DNA of 64,000 nt from assembly GCA_021730905.1 (NCBI GenBank), contig JAKFYK010000025.1:81377-145376 (forward strand), in the 5' to 3' direction. The position numbers were made by a program, and so were the translations under genes. Positions 29,502 through 38,889 of this stretch are shown here, piece by piece. The stretch is from Betaproteobacteria bacterium. Lineage in GTDB: Bacteria; Pseudomonadota; Gammaproteobacteria; Burkholderiales; SG8-41. The notes under the pieces are model-generated. The model ran no database searches. It had not been told where the DNA came from and was given only the letters and a program-made list of their open reading frames with translations. Each line of letters opens with the position of its first letter. The stretch's first letter is position 1.

Positions 29502-29729
29502 ATGAAAAACGCTAGTGCACCGCAGCTTTCAATCCTGCGGCGCAAACAGGTACAGGCACGGACAGGACTATCCCGCAGTACGATTTACGCGTTTATAAAG
29601 GCGGGCTTGTTTCCAAAATCCATACCGCTAGGCCCCCGAGCCGTGGGATGGCTGGAATCTGAGGTGAGCAATTGGATCACCGAACGCTTAGACAAGGCTC
29701 GCGGCAGCAGCAAAGATGTCATCAATTAA
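29502..29729 (+). CDS. alpA: AlpA-family transcriptional regulator/excisionase
   Basis: ILRRKQVQARTGLSRSTIYAFIKAGLFPKSIPLGPRAVGWLESEVSNWI is a canonical AlpA/MerR-type HTH. Confidence 0.85.
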   Translation: MKNASAPQLSILRRKQVQARTGLSRSTIYAFIKAGLFPKSIPLGPRAVGWLESEVSNWITERLDKARGSSKDVIN

Positions 29730-29856
29730 CCGCCCCTGCATTACAATTCACATTCGAAGCGATGCGACATTTTTACAACAAGCAAGCATAATTGACCAAG
29801 CCGCATATGCCCCGATCCAGGCATGTTTAAGGGGGCGTTACTCAAGCTGATAGGAT

Positions 29857-29878
29857 CGATGGTATCTTTGATGGTATC
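29857..29878 (+). promoter_or_regulatory. putative integrase arm-type sites, right end
   Basis: CGATGGTATC (29857-29866) and TGATGGTATC (29869-29878), in the same orientation as the left-end copies. Confidence 0.5.
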
Positions 29879-29938
29879 AACCCAAATCGTCTGACCCATT
29901 ATTTTTTGAAATCAGAAAGTTGGGAGCGAAGTGTGGCA

Positions 29939-29953
29939 CCGGCTCCCGCACCA
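29939..29953 (+). repeat. attR: direct repeat of tRNA-Leu 3' end
   Basis: CCGGCTCCCGCACCA versus CCGGCTCCCGGCACCA at 17861-17876 (one-base indel). Confidence 0.7.
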
Positions 29954-30024
29954 GCCCCACTGCGCTTGCCTTCACCTCATTAATTGACCTGTTGCATGCA
30001 GCAGATTTTCAAGGGAGAAACCCA

Positions 30025-30336
30025 GTGATCCACGTTGTAGCCATCATCACCGCCAAGCACGGCATGCGTGAAAAGGTGCTGGAAATAGCAAAAGCCAACA
30101 TTCCGGCCGTACAAGCAGAAGACGGGTGCATCGAGTACAGCCTTGCCATCGACGCCGAAGGACTCGGCAGTTTCCAGACGAAGTTTGGCCCCGATACGTT
30201 CGTCTTCATCGAAAAATGGCGCGATACCGCGGCGCTCAAAGCGCATGCCGCCGCGCCGCACATGGCGGCTTACGCAGCCAAGGTCAAAGACATGCTCGCG
30301 GGCCGCGTGATACACGTTCTTTCGCCTGCAGGCTAA
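30025..30336 (+). CDS. antibiotic-biosynthesis-monooxygenase (ABM) family protein
   Basis: GTG start after AGGGAGA. VIHVVAIITAKHGMREKVLE...FIEKWRDTAALKAHAAAPHM is the ABM ferredoxin-like fold pattern. Confidence 0.75.
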   Translation: MIHVVAIITAKHGMREKVLEIAKANIPAVQAEDGCIEYSLAIDAEGLGSFQTKFGPDTFVFIEKWRDTAALKAHAAAPHMAAYAAKVKDMLAGRVIHVLSPAG

Positions 30337-30355
30337 GGCACTTGCAGCGGGGCAC

Positions 30356-30796
30356 TCAGCGCCAGAAAGCCAGTATCATTCCTGCCGCCAGCAGCGCCAC
30401 CAAATGGTAGCCGGCGTTGATGCCGAACAGCCTCCACGATTTGCTTTCCCACGCCACGCCGCCCAGCAGTACGGGCACATAGAATCCGATCCACGTGAAA
30501 AACGCCGAATAGAAACCATAGGTTTCATTCGGTGCATCGGTGCCCGCGTTCCAGGTTGACGGACGCCACACCGCGACGCTGTGCGCCAGTACGATCGCGG
30601 TCAGAAACGCGCTGACGATCATGATGATCATCGAGCGTTTCATCGCCGCCGGATCGGGCTTATGCTCCGGCGACATGCCCATTTCGCGCATCCATGCTTT
30701 GCCAAACAGCGGGCCGTACCACAAAAAACCAATGATGATGCTGGAACCCACCGCCGCCGCGATCGCCAGCCAGTTCAAGTGGATCACCGGTTGCAT
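30356..30796 (-). CDS. DUF1761-family membrane protein
   Basis: LNWLAIAAAVGSSIIIGFLWYGPLFGKAWMREMG is how I recall the DUF1761 N-terminus. Four helices. Confidence 0.7.
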   Translation of the reverse strand: MQPVIHLNWLAIAAAVGSSIIIGFLWYGPLFGKAWMREMGMSPEHKPDPAAMKRSMIIMIVSAFLTAIVLAHSVAVWRPSTWNAGTDAPNETYGFYSAFFTWIGFYVPVLLGGVAWESKSWRLFGINAGYHLVALLAAGMILAFWR

Positions 30797-30818
30797 GGCG
30801 TCCCTCTTTCAACGGCAA

Positions 30819-31439
30819 CTACTTCGTGGAATACAACTCGGTTTGGTGCCGCGCCCGCATCACCTCCTGCGGTTCAGCCGGTTCCGTCTGCCCAATCTGG
30901 TCGCGCAGCATTTCATTCATCGTCGGCAACACTTTGCGTTCGACTTTCGCCTCCGGCGCCCACAATTGTCCGCGCATGATGGCTTTCGCGCAATGCAGAT
31001 AAGCCTCTTTCACCGTGATATGCACCACCAGCTTGGGAAAGCGTCCGTTAACTTCGCACAATGAGGTAAATGCCTCGTCGTTGCGCAGGCTCGCTACGCC
31101 GTTGATGCGCAACGCTTCATCGACGCCCGGCACCAGAAAAATCGCGCCGATGCGGCCAGTGTCCAGAATATTGGAAAACGTATCGAGACGATTATTGCCG
31201 GTCCAGTCGGGCACGATCACGGTATTGTCGTCGATCACCTTGATGAAACCCGCTTCGCCGCCGCGCGGTGACGCGTCCATATTGCCTTCGGCATCGCAAG
31301 TTGAGAACACGGCAAATCGAACCAGCGCCAGAAAATTCCGGCAATGGTGATCGAGCCGCGGCATTTGCTTTTTTACCGCGCGCTCTTTGGCTGGCAGGTA
31401 CATCGATCGCAGTTGCTGCGTGGTTTCTATCGCCGACAT
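30819..31439 (-). CDS. pyridoxamine 5'-phosphate oxidase-family FMN-binding protein
   Basis: FAVFSTCDAEGNMDASPRGGEAGF...VPDWTGNNRLDTFSNI is a PPOX-type split-barrel motif. Confidence 0.75.
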   Translation of the reverse strand: MSAIETTQQLRSMYLPAKERAVKKQMPRLDHHCRNFLALVRFAVFSTCDAEGNMDASPRGGEAGFIKVIDDNTVIVPDWTGNNRLDTFSNILDTGRIGAIFLVPGVDEALRINGVASLRNDEAFTSLCEVNGRFPKLVVHITVKEAYLHCAKAIMRGQLWAPEAKVERKVLPTMNEMLRDQIGQTEPAEPQEVMRARHQTELYSTK

Positions 31440-31460
31440 GACGGCCTCACAATTATCGTT

Positions 31461-31476
31461 TAAAAACAGATAGTTA
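31461..31476 (+). repeat. 16-nt AT-rich box, copy 3 (TAAAAACAGATAGTTA)
   Basis: Identical to copy 4. Lies in the spacer between the panC stop and the PPOX-gene start. Confidence 0.85.
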
Positions 31477-31495
31477 CTAATGTATGGCTGCGCGC

Positions 31496-32329
31496 TCAGC
31501 CGCGATCTATCTCGACGTTGTCGATCAACCGCGTCCTGCCCAACCGTGCCGCCGCCAGCACCACCAGTTTGCGCTCGCCATTGGCCGGCGGCAACAAATC
31601 GGATTGACGCCGCACTGCGATGTAGTCGGGCTTCCAGCCGTGATGCGCGAGTTCGGCCATGACATCGAGTTCGACGCGCTGGTAATCGAGCGCGCCTGAG
31701 GCCAGTTCCTCGCGCGCCTTGCGCAGCAACTGGTAGAGCCGCGGCGCCTCGCGGCGTTCATCCGGCGACAAATAACTGTTGCGCGACGACAGCGCCAGGC
31801 CGTCTTCCGCGCGCACTGTCTCCGCCAGAATAATCTCGATCGGAAGCGCCAGTTGCCGCACCATGTTATTCAGCACCAGGCACTGCTGATAATCTTTTTT
31901 GCCGAAGATCGCCGAGTGCGGGTTCACCATATTGAACAGTTTCAGCACCACGGTGGCGACGCCGCGAAAATGTCCCGGGCGCACCGCGCCGTCGAGCATG
32001 TGTTGAATATCCGGCGGCTCCACGGTATACATCTGCGGCTCGGGATAAATTTCGCCCTCGTCGGGCGCGAACACCACATCGACGCCTGCGGCATTCAACT
32101 TTTCGCAATCGGCGGTGAGGGTGCGCGGATATTTGTCAAAATCCTCGCGCGGGCCGAATTGCAGGCGGTTGACGAAGATACTCACCACGGTGCACGCGGC
32201 GCGCGGTTTGGCGATGTTGATGAGCTGAATATGCCCGGCGTGCAGATTGCCCATGGTGGGCACGAACACGTTGTTGGGTACGCGCTGCAGGCGCTCGCGC
32301 AGTGCAGCGACGGAGTGAATGATGTCCAT
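31496..32329 (-). CDS. panC: pantoate--beta-alanine ligase
   Basis: FVPTMGNLHAGHIQLI, VSIFVNRLQFGP and FGKKDYQQ. Confidence 0.95.
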   Translation of the reverse strand: MDIIHSVAALRERLQRVPNNVFVPTMGNLHAGHIQLINIAKPRAACTVVSIFVNRLQFGPREDFDKYPRTLTADCEKLNAAGVDVVFAPDEGEIYPEPQMYTVEPPDIQHMLDGAVRPGHFRGVATVVLKLFNMVNPHSAIFGKKDYQQCLVLNNMVRQLALPIEIILAETVRAEDGLALSSRNSYLSPDERREAPRLYQLLRKAREELASGALDYQRVELDVMAELAHHGWKPDYIAVRRQSDLLPPANGERKLVVLAAARLGRTRLIDNVEIDRG

Positions 32330-32334
32330 TTTTT

Positions 32335-32411
32335 GGTGAGGCGTTAGGCGTGAGGAGTGAGGCGCGATGGGTTAGGTGTTGCGAGTCACTCCTCACGCCT
32401 AACGCTTCACA
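32335..32411. repeat. heptad-periodic palindromic intergenic element H2
   Basis: GGTGAGG CGTTAGG CGTGAGG AGTGAGG CGCGATG GGTTAGG TGTTGCG AGTCACT CCTCACG CCTAACG CTTCACA. The 25-nt arms (32336-32360 and 32386-32410) pair with one mismatch. Spans the panB stop and the panC start spacer. Confidence 0.85.
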
Positions 32412-33201
32412 CGAAGGAATGATCGCGGTCAGGAAATGTTTTGGCCTTGACTTCTTTCACGTAGCGTTCGACGGCCGTTTGTATCGAGCCCGCGCCCTGC
32501 ATGAAATTTTTCACGAACTTGGCCTTCTTGCCGGGAAACACATCGAGCATGTCGTGCAGCACCAGCACCTGGCCCGCGCAATCGACGCCGGCGCCGATGC
32601 CGATGGTGGGGATGCGCAGCGCGGCGGTCACTTCCTTTGCCAGCGACGACGGAATCGCTTCCAGCACCACCATGCCGGCACCGGCTTCTTCAATCAGTTT
32701 GGCGTCTTCGAGCAAGCGTTCAGCGTCGCTTTGCTGACGGCCCTGCACTTTGTAGCCGCCCAGTTGATGCACCGACTGCGGTGTTAAGCCAAGGTGCCCG
32801 CACACCGGCACGCCGCGCTGCACCAGATAGGCAATGGTTTCCGCCATCGGCTGGCCGCCCTCGAGCTTCACCATCTGCGCGCCGGCAGCCATGATTTCCG
32901 CGGCGTTGCGGAAGGTTTCCGGCGGACTCAACTGAAACGTGCCGAACGGCATGTCGCCGATAATGAACGCACGTTTCGCGCCGCGCGCCACGCACGCGGT
33001 GTGATACACCATGTCGCGCAGTGTTACTGGAAGTGTCGTCTCGTGCCCCTGCAACACATTGCCCAGCGAGTCGCCGATCAGCAATGTTTCCACACCCGCG
33101 TTTTCCAGCAATGCGGCAAAACTCGCGTCGTAGCAAGTCAGCATGGTGATCTTGTCACCGTCCTGCGTCATCTTTTGCAGCGTGGAAAGCGTAATTCTCA
33201 T
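32407..33201 (-). CDS. panB: 3-methyl-2-oxobutanoate hydroxymethyltransferase
   Basis: [32 protein letters not shown] and GHLGLTPQS. Confidence 0.95.
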   Translation of the reverse strand: MRITLSTLQKMTQDGDKITMLTCYDASFAALLENAGVETLLIGDSLGNVLQGHETTLPVTLRDMVYHTACVARGAKRAFIIGDMPFGTFQLSPPETFRNAAEIMAAGAQMVKLEGGQPMAETIAYLVQRGVPVCGHLGLTPQSVHQLGGYKVQGRQQSDAERLLEDAKLIEEAGAGMVVLEAIPSSLAKEVTAALRIPTIGIGAGVDCAGQVLVLHDMLDVFPGKKAKFVKNFMQGAGSIQTAVERYVKEVKAKTFPDRDHSFV

Positions 33202-33215
33202 GGTAAATATACCAA

Positions 33216-33231
33216 TAAAAACAGATAGTTA
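33216..33231 (+). repeat. 16-nt AT-rich box, copy 4 (TAAAAACAGATAGTTA)
   Basis: Begins 14 nt beyond the panB start codon (33201), in the spacer after the kinase gene. Confidence 0.85.
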
Positions 33232-33247
33232 TGTAAATTCACTGGAT

Positions 33248-33892
33248 TCAACGCCCGGAACTGAAGAATTCGCGCGGGCCACGCATGGCGGCAATGCGCT
33301 GCAACAATAAATCAAAATCGTCTGTGGAATCAACAAAGTTTAAATTGTCGGAATTCACGATCAGCAGCGGCGCCGCGTCGTATTGATGGAAATAGCGCGT
33401 GTACGTATCACTCAAGCGCATCAGATAATCGTCGCTGATGTCGCGTTCATAGGTGGCTGCGCGTCGCTGCACGCGATCGATCAGCGTCTGCGGCGTGGCT
33501 TGCAGATAAATCACCAGATCGGGCACCGGCGACTGCAGGCTCAGATGGTCATAAATCTGCCGGTACAGTTTGAGTTCATCGTCACGCAAGGTCAGGCTCG
33601 CGAACAGCGGGTCTTTCTCGAACATGAAATCGGCGAATGTCACCTTGCGGAACAAATCCGACTGCGCCAGGTCGCGCACCTGATTCGCGCGCTGAAACAA
33701 GAAAAACAATTGGGTGGGCAACGCATTGCGCTGTGGATCGCGATAGAAGCCCGCGAGAAACGGATTCGCAGCAGGGTCTTCCAGCAACGGCGTGCCGCCG
33801 CAACGCTCCGCCAGCAGCCGCGTGAGACTGGTTTTGCCCGCGCCGATCGGGCCTTCCACCACCACGTAGCGCAAACGCTCCGGCAGTTTCAT
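33248..33892 (-). CDS. deoxynucleoside kinase
   Basis: P-loop VVEGPIGAGKTSL, DPAANPFLAGFY and FLFQR. Confidence 0.85.
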   Translation of the reverse strand: MKLPERLRYVVVEGPIGAGKTSLTRLLAERCGGTPLLEDPAANPFLAGFYRDPQRNALPTQLFFLFQRANQVRDLAQSDLFRKVTFADFMFEKDPLFASLTLRDDELKLYRQIYDHLSLQSPVPDLVIYLQATPQTLIDRVQRRAATYERDISDDYLMRLSDTYTRYFHQYDAAPLLIVNSDNLNFVDSTDDFDLLLQRIAAMRGPREFFSSGR

Positions 33893-34401
33893 GCAGCAGT
33901 TTTCCGCTGCGTGTCAATCCGTCTGACGCTGTTGACGTCCACGCCAGCCAGCAGTTCACGCACGCGCCCACGACCGGGTACGATGGCGTCCGGTGCGATT
34001 TCCGCCAGCGGCACCATGACGAATGCGCGCTCATGCATGCGCGGATGCGGGATCGACAGTCCAGGTTCGTGGATGATCTGCTCGCCATAGAGCGCGATGT
34101 CAAGATCCAGCGTGCGCGGCGCATTGGGAAACTCGCGCACGCGTCCATGCGCGCGCTCGATGGCGAGCAGTGCATCGAGCAACCCGCGCGGCGCCAGTGC
34201 CGTGCGTATCGCCGCTACCGCATTGATGAAATCCGGTTGATCCGCATAACCCACGGGCGCGCTGCGAACCAGCGACGATTGAGCGACCAGTTGCGTGTCC
34301 GGCAAACGCGCCAATGCCGCGAACCCGGACTGCAACTGGCGCTGCGGCTCTTTGAGATTGCTGCCGAGCGCGATGTACGCAGTTTCCACAACTGCACTCA
34401 C
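33889..34401 (-). CDS. folK: 2-amino-4-hydroxy-6-hydroxymethyldihydropteridine diphosphokinase
   Basis: AYIALGSNL, PRTLDLDIALYG, HPRMHERAFVMVPLAEI. Confidence 0.9.
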   Translation of the reverse strand: MSAVVETAYIALGSNLKEPQRQLQSGFAALARLPDTQLVAQSSLVRSAPVGYADQPDFINAVAAIRTALAPRGLLDALLAIERAHGRVREFPNAPRTLDLDIALYGEQIIHEPGLSIPHPRMHERAFVMVPLAEIAPDAIVPGRGRVRELLAGVDVNSVRRIDTQRKTAA

Positions 34402-35789
34402 GCTTCAGGCGCAACTGCGGCGTTGCCATGCACCTTGGGCTTTCTGCGCCGGCGGCGCTTCTTCGGCCCGCTGTCGGGCATCAGCATGCGTTCGCGTTCG
34501 GCTTCGTTGGCATCCTGAAACCGCGTCCACCACTCGCCGATTTCCTTGTCGAGTTCGCCGCTCTCGCAACGCAGCAGCAGAAAATCGTAACCAGCGCGAA
34601 AGCGTGGCAGCTCCAGCAGGCGATACGGGCGCCGCCCGGAACGCTGTTCAAAGCGCGGCTGCATCGCCCAGATTTCTTTCATGTCGCCGCCGAAGCGCCG
34701 CGGAATCGCCAGCTTTTCGGCCTGCATCTGCATCACCTGATCCATCGCCTTGTAGAGCGCCGGAATTGCCGGCACGCCGCCTGCTTCGATGGATTTCCAC
34801 GCCGCAAGCACTTCATGCCACAACAACGTCGCAAATAAAAACGCGGGAGAAACGCCTTTCTCGCCGCGAATGCGCGTGTCGGTATTCTTCAGCGCCAGCA
34901 TCACAAAGCGCTCGCCCAGCGGCTGCTCCAGTATCACATCCAGCAACGGCAACAGGCCGCCATGCAACCCGTCCCTGCGCAGCCGCTTCACCGTTTCGAC
35001 CGCATGGCCGGACAGCAGCAGCTTCAGCATTTCTTCGAACAGGCGCGCCGGTGGCACGTTCGACAGCAAATCCGCCAGTTCGCGTATCGGCTTGCGGGTC
35101 GCCGCATCGATTTCAAAATCCAGCGCCGCCGCAAACCGCACCGCGCGTAGCATGCGCACCGGATCTTCGCGGTAGCGCTGCACCGGATCGCCAATCATGC
35201 GCAGCCGCTTTTTCTTCAGATCGGCCACACCGCCGTGGTAATCATGCACCTGCTGCGTCGCAGGATCGTAGAACAACGCATTGATGGTGAGATCGCGCCG
35301 CGTCGCATCCTGCTGCTGATTGCCGAACACATTGTCACGCAGGATGCGGCCATGTTCGTCGGTCTTGCCTTTTTCGCTGTCTGTCGAGTTGCTGCTTTCG
35401 CTATCGCTATCCTTGCCACTGGTATCGTGCCCCGCGCGGAATGTCGACACTTCCACCGTCTCACGCCCGCACATCACATGCACGATTTGAAACCGCCGCC
35501 CGATAATGCGTGAGCGGCGAAACAGCCCGCGCACCTCATCCGGCGTGGCATTGGTGGCCACGTCAAAATCCTTGGGCTCGCGTTTGAGCAGCAAATCACG
35601 TACCGCGCCGCCCACCACGAACGCGGCAAAGCCCTTGGCCTGCAACGTATCGGTGACGCTCAATGCACAGGAACTGATCTGCCCGCGCGCGACGCCGTGA
35701 TCCTTGAACGGAATCACCTGCGCGCGCGATTTGCCGCGCCCCCCGAACATCCTCCCGGAAAACACCCGGCCGATCAGCTTTTTAATCAT
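34398..35789 (-). CDS. pcnB: poly(A) polymerase I
   Basis: Start at MIKKLIGRVF. AFVVGGAVRDLLL..PKDFDVATNATP, RRDLTINALFYD and RFAAALDF. Confidence 0.9.
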   Translation of the reverse strand: MIKKLIGRVFSGRMFGGRGKSRAQVIPFKDHGVARGQISSCALSVTDTLQAKGFAAFVVGGAVRDLLLKREPKDFDVATNATPDEVRGLFRRSRIIGRRFQIVHVMCGRETVEVSTFRAGHDTSGKDSDSESSNSTDSEKGKTDEHGRILRDNVFGNQQQDATRRDLTINALFYDPATQQVHDYHGGVADLKKKRLRMIGDPVQRYREDPVRMLRAVRFAAALDFEIDAATRKPIRELADLLSNVPPARLFEEMLKLLLSGHAVETVKRLRRDGLHGGLLPLLDVILEQPLGERFVMLALKNTDTRIRGEKGVSPAFLFATLLWHEVLAAWKSIEAGGVPAIPALYKAMDQVMQMQAEKLAIPRRFGGDMKEIWAMQPRFEQRSGRRPYRLLELPRFRAGYDFLLLRCESGELDKEIGEWWTRFQDANEAERERMLMPDSGPKKRRRRRKPKVHGNAAVAPEA

Positions 35790-35799
35790 GAGGCGCGGA

Positions 35800-36573
35800 T
35801 TATAGCGCGGGCACAAAACCAGCCTGCGGTTTATCACCCGCAGGTTGTAACGCACAACCGAACAATGCCTCAAGATTGGCCTGCGTCAGTATCTCGCGTG
35901 CCGCGCCTGAGTGGACACTACCCGAGCCATCCAGTAGCAGCGCATGAGTGCACACCCGCGCAGGCCACAACACATCGTGCAGTACCACGATCACGCCTCT
36001 GCATTGCTGTTTATCCCGCGCCAGCGCCGCCATCAGATCAAGCATTTGAATCTGATAGCGCAAATCCAGATGCTGCAAAGGCTCATCGAGCAACCAATAA
36101 CGCGGGGACTGCGCCAGCAACTGCGCCATGCGCACGCGCTGGCGTTCGCCGCCCGACAGGGTGGCATAACGGCGCCCTGCGAAATCCGCCAACCCCACTT
36201 GATTCAACGCGGTCTGAGCAACGGCTTCGTCGTCGCGCTGCCAGCCGAGCCACGCCGGTGCATGCGGAAAGCAGCCGAGGGAAACGTATTCAAGCGCTGT
36301 TCCCCAGAATTCACTCTCTTCATGCTGCGGCAACACGCCGATGGCACGCGCACGTGTGATGGCATTCATAGCCGCAAGTGGCTGACCATCGATCGCAATG
36401 CTGCCGCCCTCCGGCTGCGCAAGCCCTGCAAGAACGTTGAGCAACGTAGTCTTGCCGCTGCCATTGGGGCCGAGTACTCCCCACACTTCGCCCGGCTTCA
36501 CCGTCCATTCGAGATCGCGGCACAGGGTGCGGCTGGCAACCTTGAGCACGAGGCTTTTGCACGCGAGTGTCAT
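35800..36573 (-). CDS. ABC transporter ATP-binding protein (iron-chelate/cobalamin type)
   Basis: Walker A GPNGSGKTTLL, signature LSGGERQRV and Walker B YWLLDEP. Overlaps the permease stop. Confidence 0.85.
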   Translation of the reverse strand: MTLACKSLVLKVASRTLCRDLEWTVKPGEVWGVLGPNGSGKTTLLNVLAGLAQPEGGSIAIDGQPLAAMNAITRARAIGVLPQHEESEFWGTALEYVSLGCFPHAPAWLGWQRDDEAVAQTALNQVGLADFAGRRYATLSGGERQRVRMAQLLAQSPRYWLLDEPLQHLDLRYQIQMLDLMAALARDKQQCRGVIVVLHDVLWPARVCTHALLLDGSGSVHSGAAREILTQANLEALFGCALQPAGDKPQAGFVPAL

Positions 36574-37538
36574 GCACGCCTCGTCAGCAAATAAAGCATG
36601 CACGGCACGCCGATCAGCGCAGTGAAAATCCCCACCGGCAACTGCTGCGGTGCCATCAACGTGCGCGCGCAGGTATCCGCCAGCGTGAGAAAGCTGCCGC
36701 CCGCCAGCACCGCCACCGGCAGCAGCAAACGATGGCGCACCACGCCCAGTAGTCGAACCGCGTGCGGTATCATCAGTCCGACAAAACCAATAGCGCCGCC
36801 CAGCATCACCGCCGCTACGGTCGCCAGCGCCGCGCCAAAGAAAACCGTGAGTTGCAGTGAAACGACGCTCACGCCGAGTGAACGCGCCTTGGCGTCACCC
36901 AAACCCAGAATATCAAGTCGGGCCGCCAGCGCCACTGCGCCCAGCGTCAGCACCAGCAACAACACGCCAGCGGCGAGCGGATTCTCGGCATAGGACAGAT
37001 CACCCATCAGCCAGAACAGCATGCTCTTGACCTGCGCGCTGGGCGCGATCACCAGTATTAGACTGGTCAGCGCCGCGAATCCAGCCGACAGCACTACGCC
37101 CGACAACAACAACCGATAAATATTCCACGGCCCGCCGCGAAACGTCACGCCAAACACGATGGCAATTGCCGCTATCGCACCCGCCAGCGCGACAGCGTTG
37201 ACCATCGCCATGCCAAAGCCCAGCGTAATCGCGCCCAGCGCGCCGAGTGATGCGCCACCCGACACACCGAGGATGTAGGAATCCGCCAGCGCGTTGCGCA
37301 ACAGCGCCTGCAACAGCACTCCCGCCAACGCAAGCAGTCCGCCGCAGGCAAACGCCGCCAGCGCGCGCGGCAATCGCAGCTGCCACACGATATCGTGCGC
37401 GATACCCGACGGCGCATCGAACAGGCCCGTGAACACTTCGCCCAGTGTCAGCGGCGCCGAGCCCCACGCCAGCGCCACGAACAGACTCAACACCGCAACG
37501 CCCGCGCCCGCCGCAAGTACAGGTATGGCGCGCATCAA
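36570..37538 (-). CDS. FecCD/BtuC-family ABC transporter permease
   Basis: LRLPRALAAFACGGLLALAGVLLQALLRNALADSYILGVSGGASLGA is the FecCD signature. No binding-protein gene is adjacent. Confidence 0.85.
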   Translation of the reverse strand: MMRAIPVLAAGAGVAVLSLFVALAWGSAPLTLGEVFTGLFDAPSGIAHDIVWQLRLPRALAAFACGGLLALAGVLLQALLRNALADSYILGVSGGASLGALGAITLGFGMAMVNAVALAGAIAAIAIVFGVTFRGGPWNIYRLLLSGVVLSAGFAALTSLILVIAPSAQVKSMLFWLMGDLSYAENPLAAGVLLLVLTLGAVALAARLDILGLGDAKARSLGVSVVSLQLTVFFGAALATVAAVMLGGAIGFVGLMIPHAVRLLGVVRHRLLLPVAVLAGGSFLTLADTCARTLMAPQQLPVGIFTALIGVPCMLYLLTRRA

Positions 37539-37542
37539 CCGC

Positions 37543-38202
37543 TCATGTGTTGAGCGACATCACCGGCCACCCGTGCGATGCCGCATGCGCACGCAGCTTG
37601 TCATCAGGGTCTACCGCCACCGGATGACTCACCAACTCCAGCAGCGGCAAATCATTATGCGAATCACTGTAGAAAAAAGCTTTCTCATAAGACCGCAAGG
37701 TCTCGCCACGCACCGCTAGCCACGCTTCCAGCCGCCTGGGTTTGCCTTCCCTGAAACACGGCAATCCGCTGACGCCGCCGGTGAATTCGCCATTGCGATG
37801 TTCCGGCTCGGTGGCGATCAAATGCTCGATGCCGAACAGCCGCGCAATCGGCGCCGTGACAAAGCTGTTGGTCGCCGTCACCACCACGCGCACATCATTC
37901 TTGTGCTTGTCCACCAGGGCACGCGCGGTATCGCGCAGCATGGGATGAATTTTTTTCTTCATGTATTCGCCGTGCCACTGGTCAAGCACCTTGCGCGGAT
38001 GGCGCGACAACGGCTTTAACTGAAAATCGAGGAACTCGTGGATGTCGAGCGTGCCCGCCTTGTACTGATCGTAGAACGCCTGGTTCTGCGCTTCATATAC
38101 TTCGCGGTCGAGCACGCCCTGTTCGATCAAAAACTGCGCCCACTCGAAATCGGAATCGCCGGCGAGCAGGGTGTTGTCGAGGTCAAATAAAGCCAGATTC
38201 AT
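37543..38202 (-). CDS. HAD-IB family hydrolase (SerB-like)
   Basis: LALFDLDNTLL (DxDxT), VVTATNSF and FYSDSHNDLPLL. Confidence 0.8.
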   Translation of the reverse strand: MNLALFDLDNTLLAGDSDFEWAQFLIEQGVLDREVYEAQNQAFYDQYKAGTLDIHEFLDFQLKPLSRHPRKVLDQWHGEYMKKKIHPMLRDTARALVDKHKNDVRVVVTATNSFVTAPIARLFGIEHLIATEPEHRNGEFTGGVSGLPCFREGKPRRLEAWLAVRGETLRSYEKAFFYSDSHNDLPLLELVSHPVAVDPDDKLRAHAASHGWPVMSLNT

Positions 38203-38204
38203 GT

Positions 38205-38220
38205 TAAGTATTTGTTTTTA
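38205..38220 (-). repeat. 16-nt AT-rich box, copy 5 (TAAAAACAAATACTTA on minus)
   Basis: Ends 2 nt before the HAD-gene ATG. Identical to copy 7. Confidence 0.85.
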
Positions 38221-38228
38221 TTCATAAT

Positions 38229-38885
38229 TTATAAAACGCTTTGCAGCAACTCACGCACCATCGGCACCGTCACCGCGCGCTTGGCCTCCAGCGAATGGCG
38301 ATCCAGCGCGTCCAGCGTCGAGAACAGTGCGCCCATGTCGCGCGGTGCGTGGGTAAGCAGATAGGCAATCACTTCATCGGACAACACAAAGCCGCGCGCT
38401 TGCGCGTGTTGCGCCAGCGCCCGCGCTTTTTCTTCGTCGCTCAATGCATGCATCTGCACCACCAATCCCCATCCGAGTCGCGTCAACAGGTCGGCGCGCA
38501 GCGTGAGCTGTACGGGCGGCACGGTGCCGCTGGCGATCAAGCCGCCGCCCTGCTCACGCAGCGTGTTGTAGCGGTTAAACAACGCCACCTGCGCATCGGC
38601 GCCGAGGCGCTCGACATCGTCCGTGGCCAGCAGTAACACATCCCCGTCAAACACGCTGTTCGCACCACAGGCGACATAGGCTGCGTTCGCGCCCGCCGTC
38701 GCTATGGCAGCTTTGAGCAAATGCGTGCGGCCGCTGCCGGGCTCGCCCCACAGGTAGACAAAGCGCTCGCCACTGCCGGCGATTGCCGCACGCAGATGCG
38801 TCAGCACTTCCGCATTGCGGCCGACGACGAAATTATCGAACGTCGGCGCGGGCGGCGACGTGATGTCCAGCGCAAGTTGCCTCAT
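38229..38885 (-). CDS. hda: DnaA regulatory inactivator Hda
   Basis: Start at MRQLALDI. FDNFVVGRNAEV, LWGEPGSGRTHLL and the DnaA-like AAA+ core. The upstream part of the ORF is Cys/Arg-rich junk. Confidence 0.85.
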   Translation of the reverse strand: MRQLALDITSPPAPTFDNFVVGRNAEVLTHLRAAIAGSGERFVYLWGEPGSGRTHLLKAAIATAGANAAYVACGANSVFDGDVLLLATDDVERLGADAQVALFNRYNTLREQGGGLIASGTVPPVQLTLRADLLTRLGWGLVVQMHALSDEEKARALAQHAQARGFVLSDEVIAYLLTHAPRDMGALFSTLDALDRHSLEAKRAVTVPMVRELLQSVL

Positions 38886-38889
38886 CGTG

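Larger units (their letters stand above)
17877..29953. mobile_element. ~12 kb integrative genomic island inserted at the 3' end of tRNA-Leu
   Basis: The tRNA 3' end CCGGCTCCCGGCACCA (17861-17876) is repeated as CCGGCTCCCGCACCA at 29939-29953. The integrase is next to the tRNA and AlpA is near the far end. GATGGTATC arm repeats sit inside both ends. Base composition is visibly lower-GC in 19.3-20.5 kb and 26.7-28.5 kb. Confidence 0.8.
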
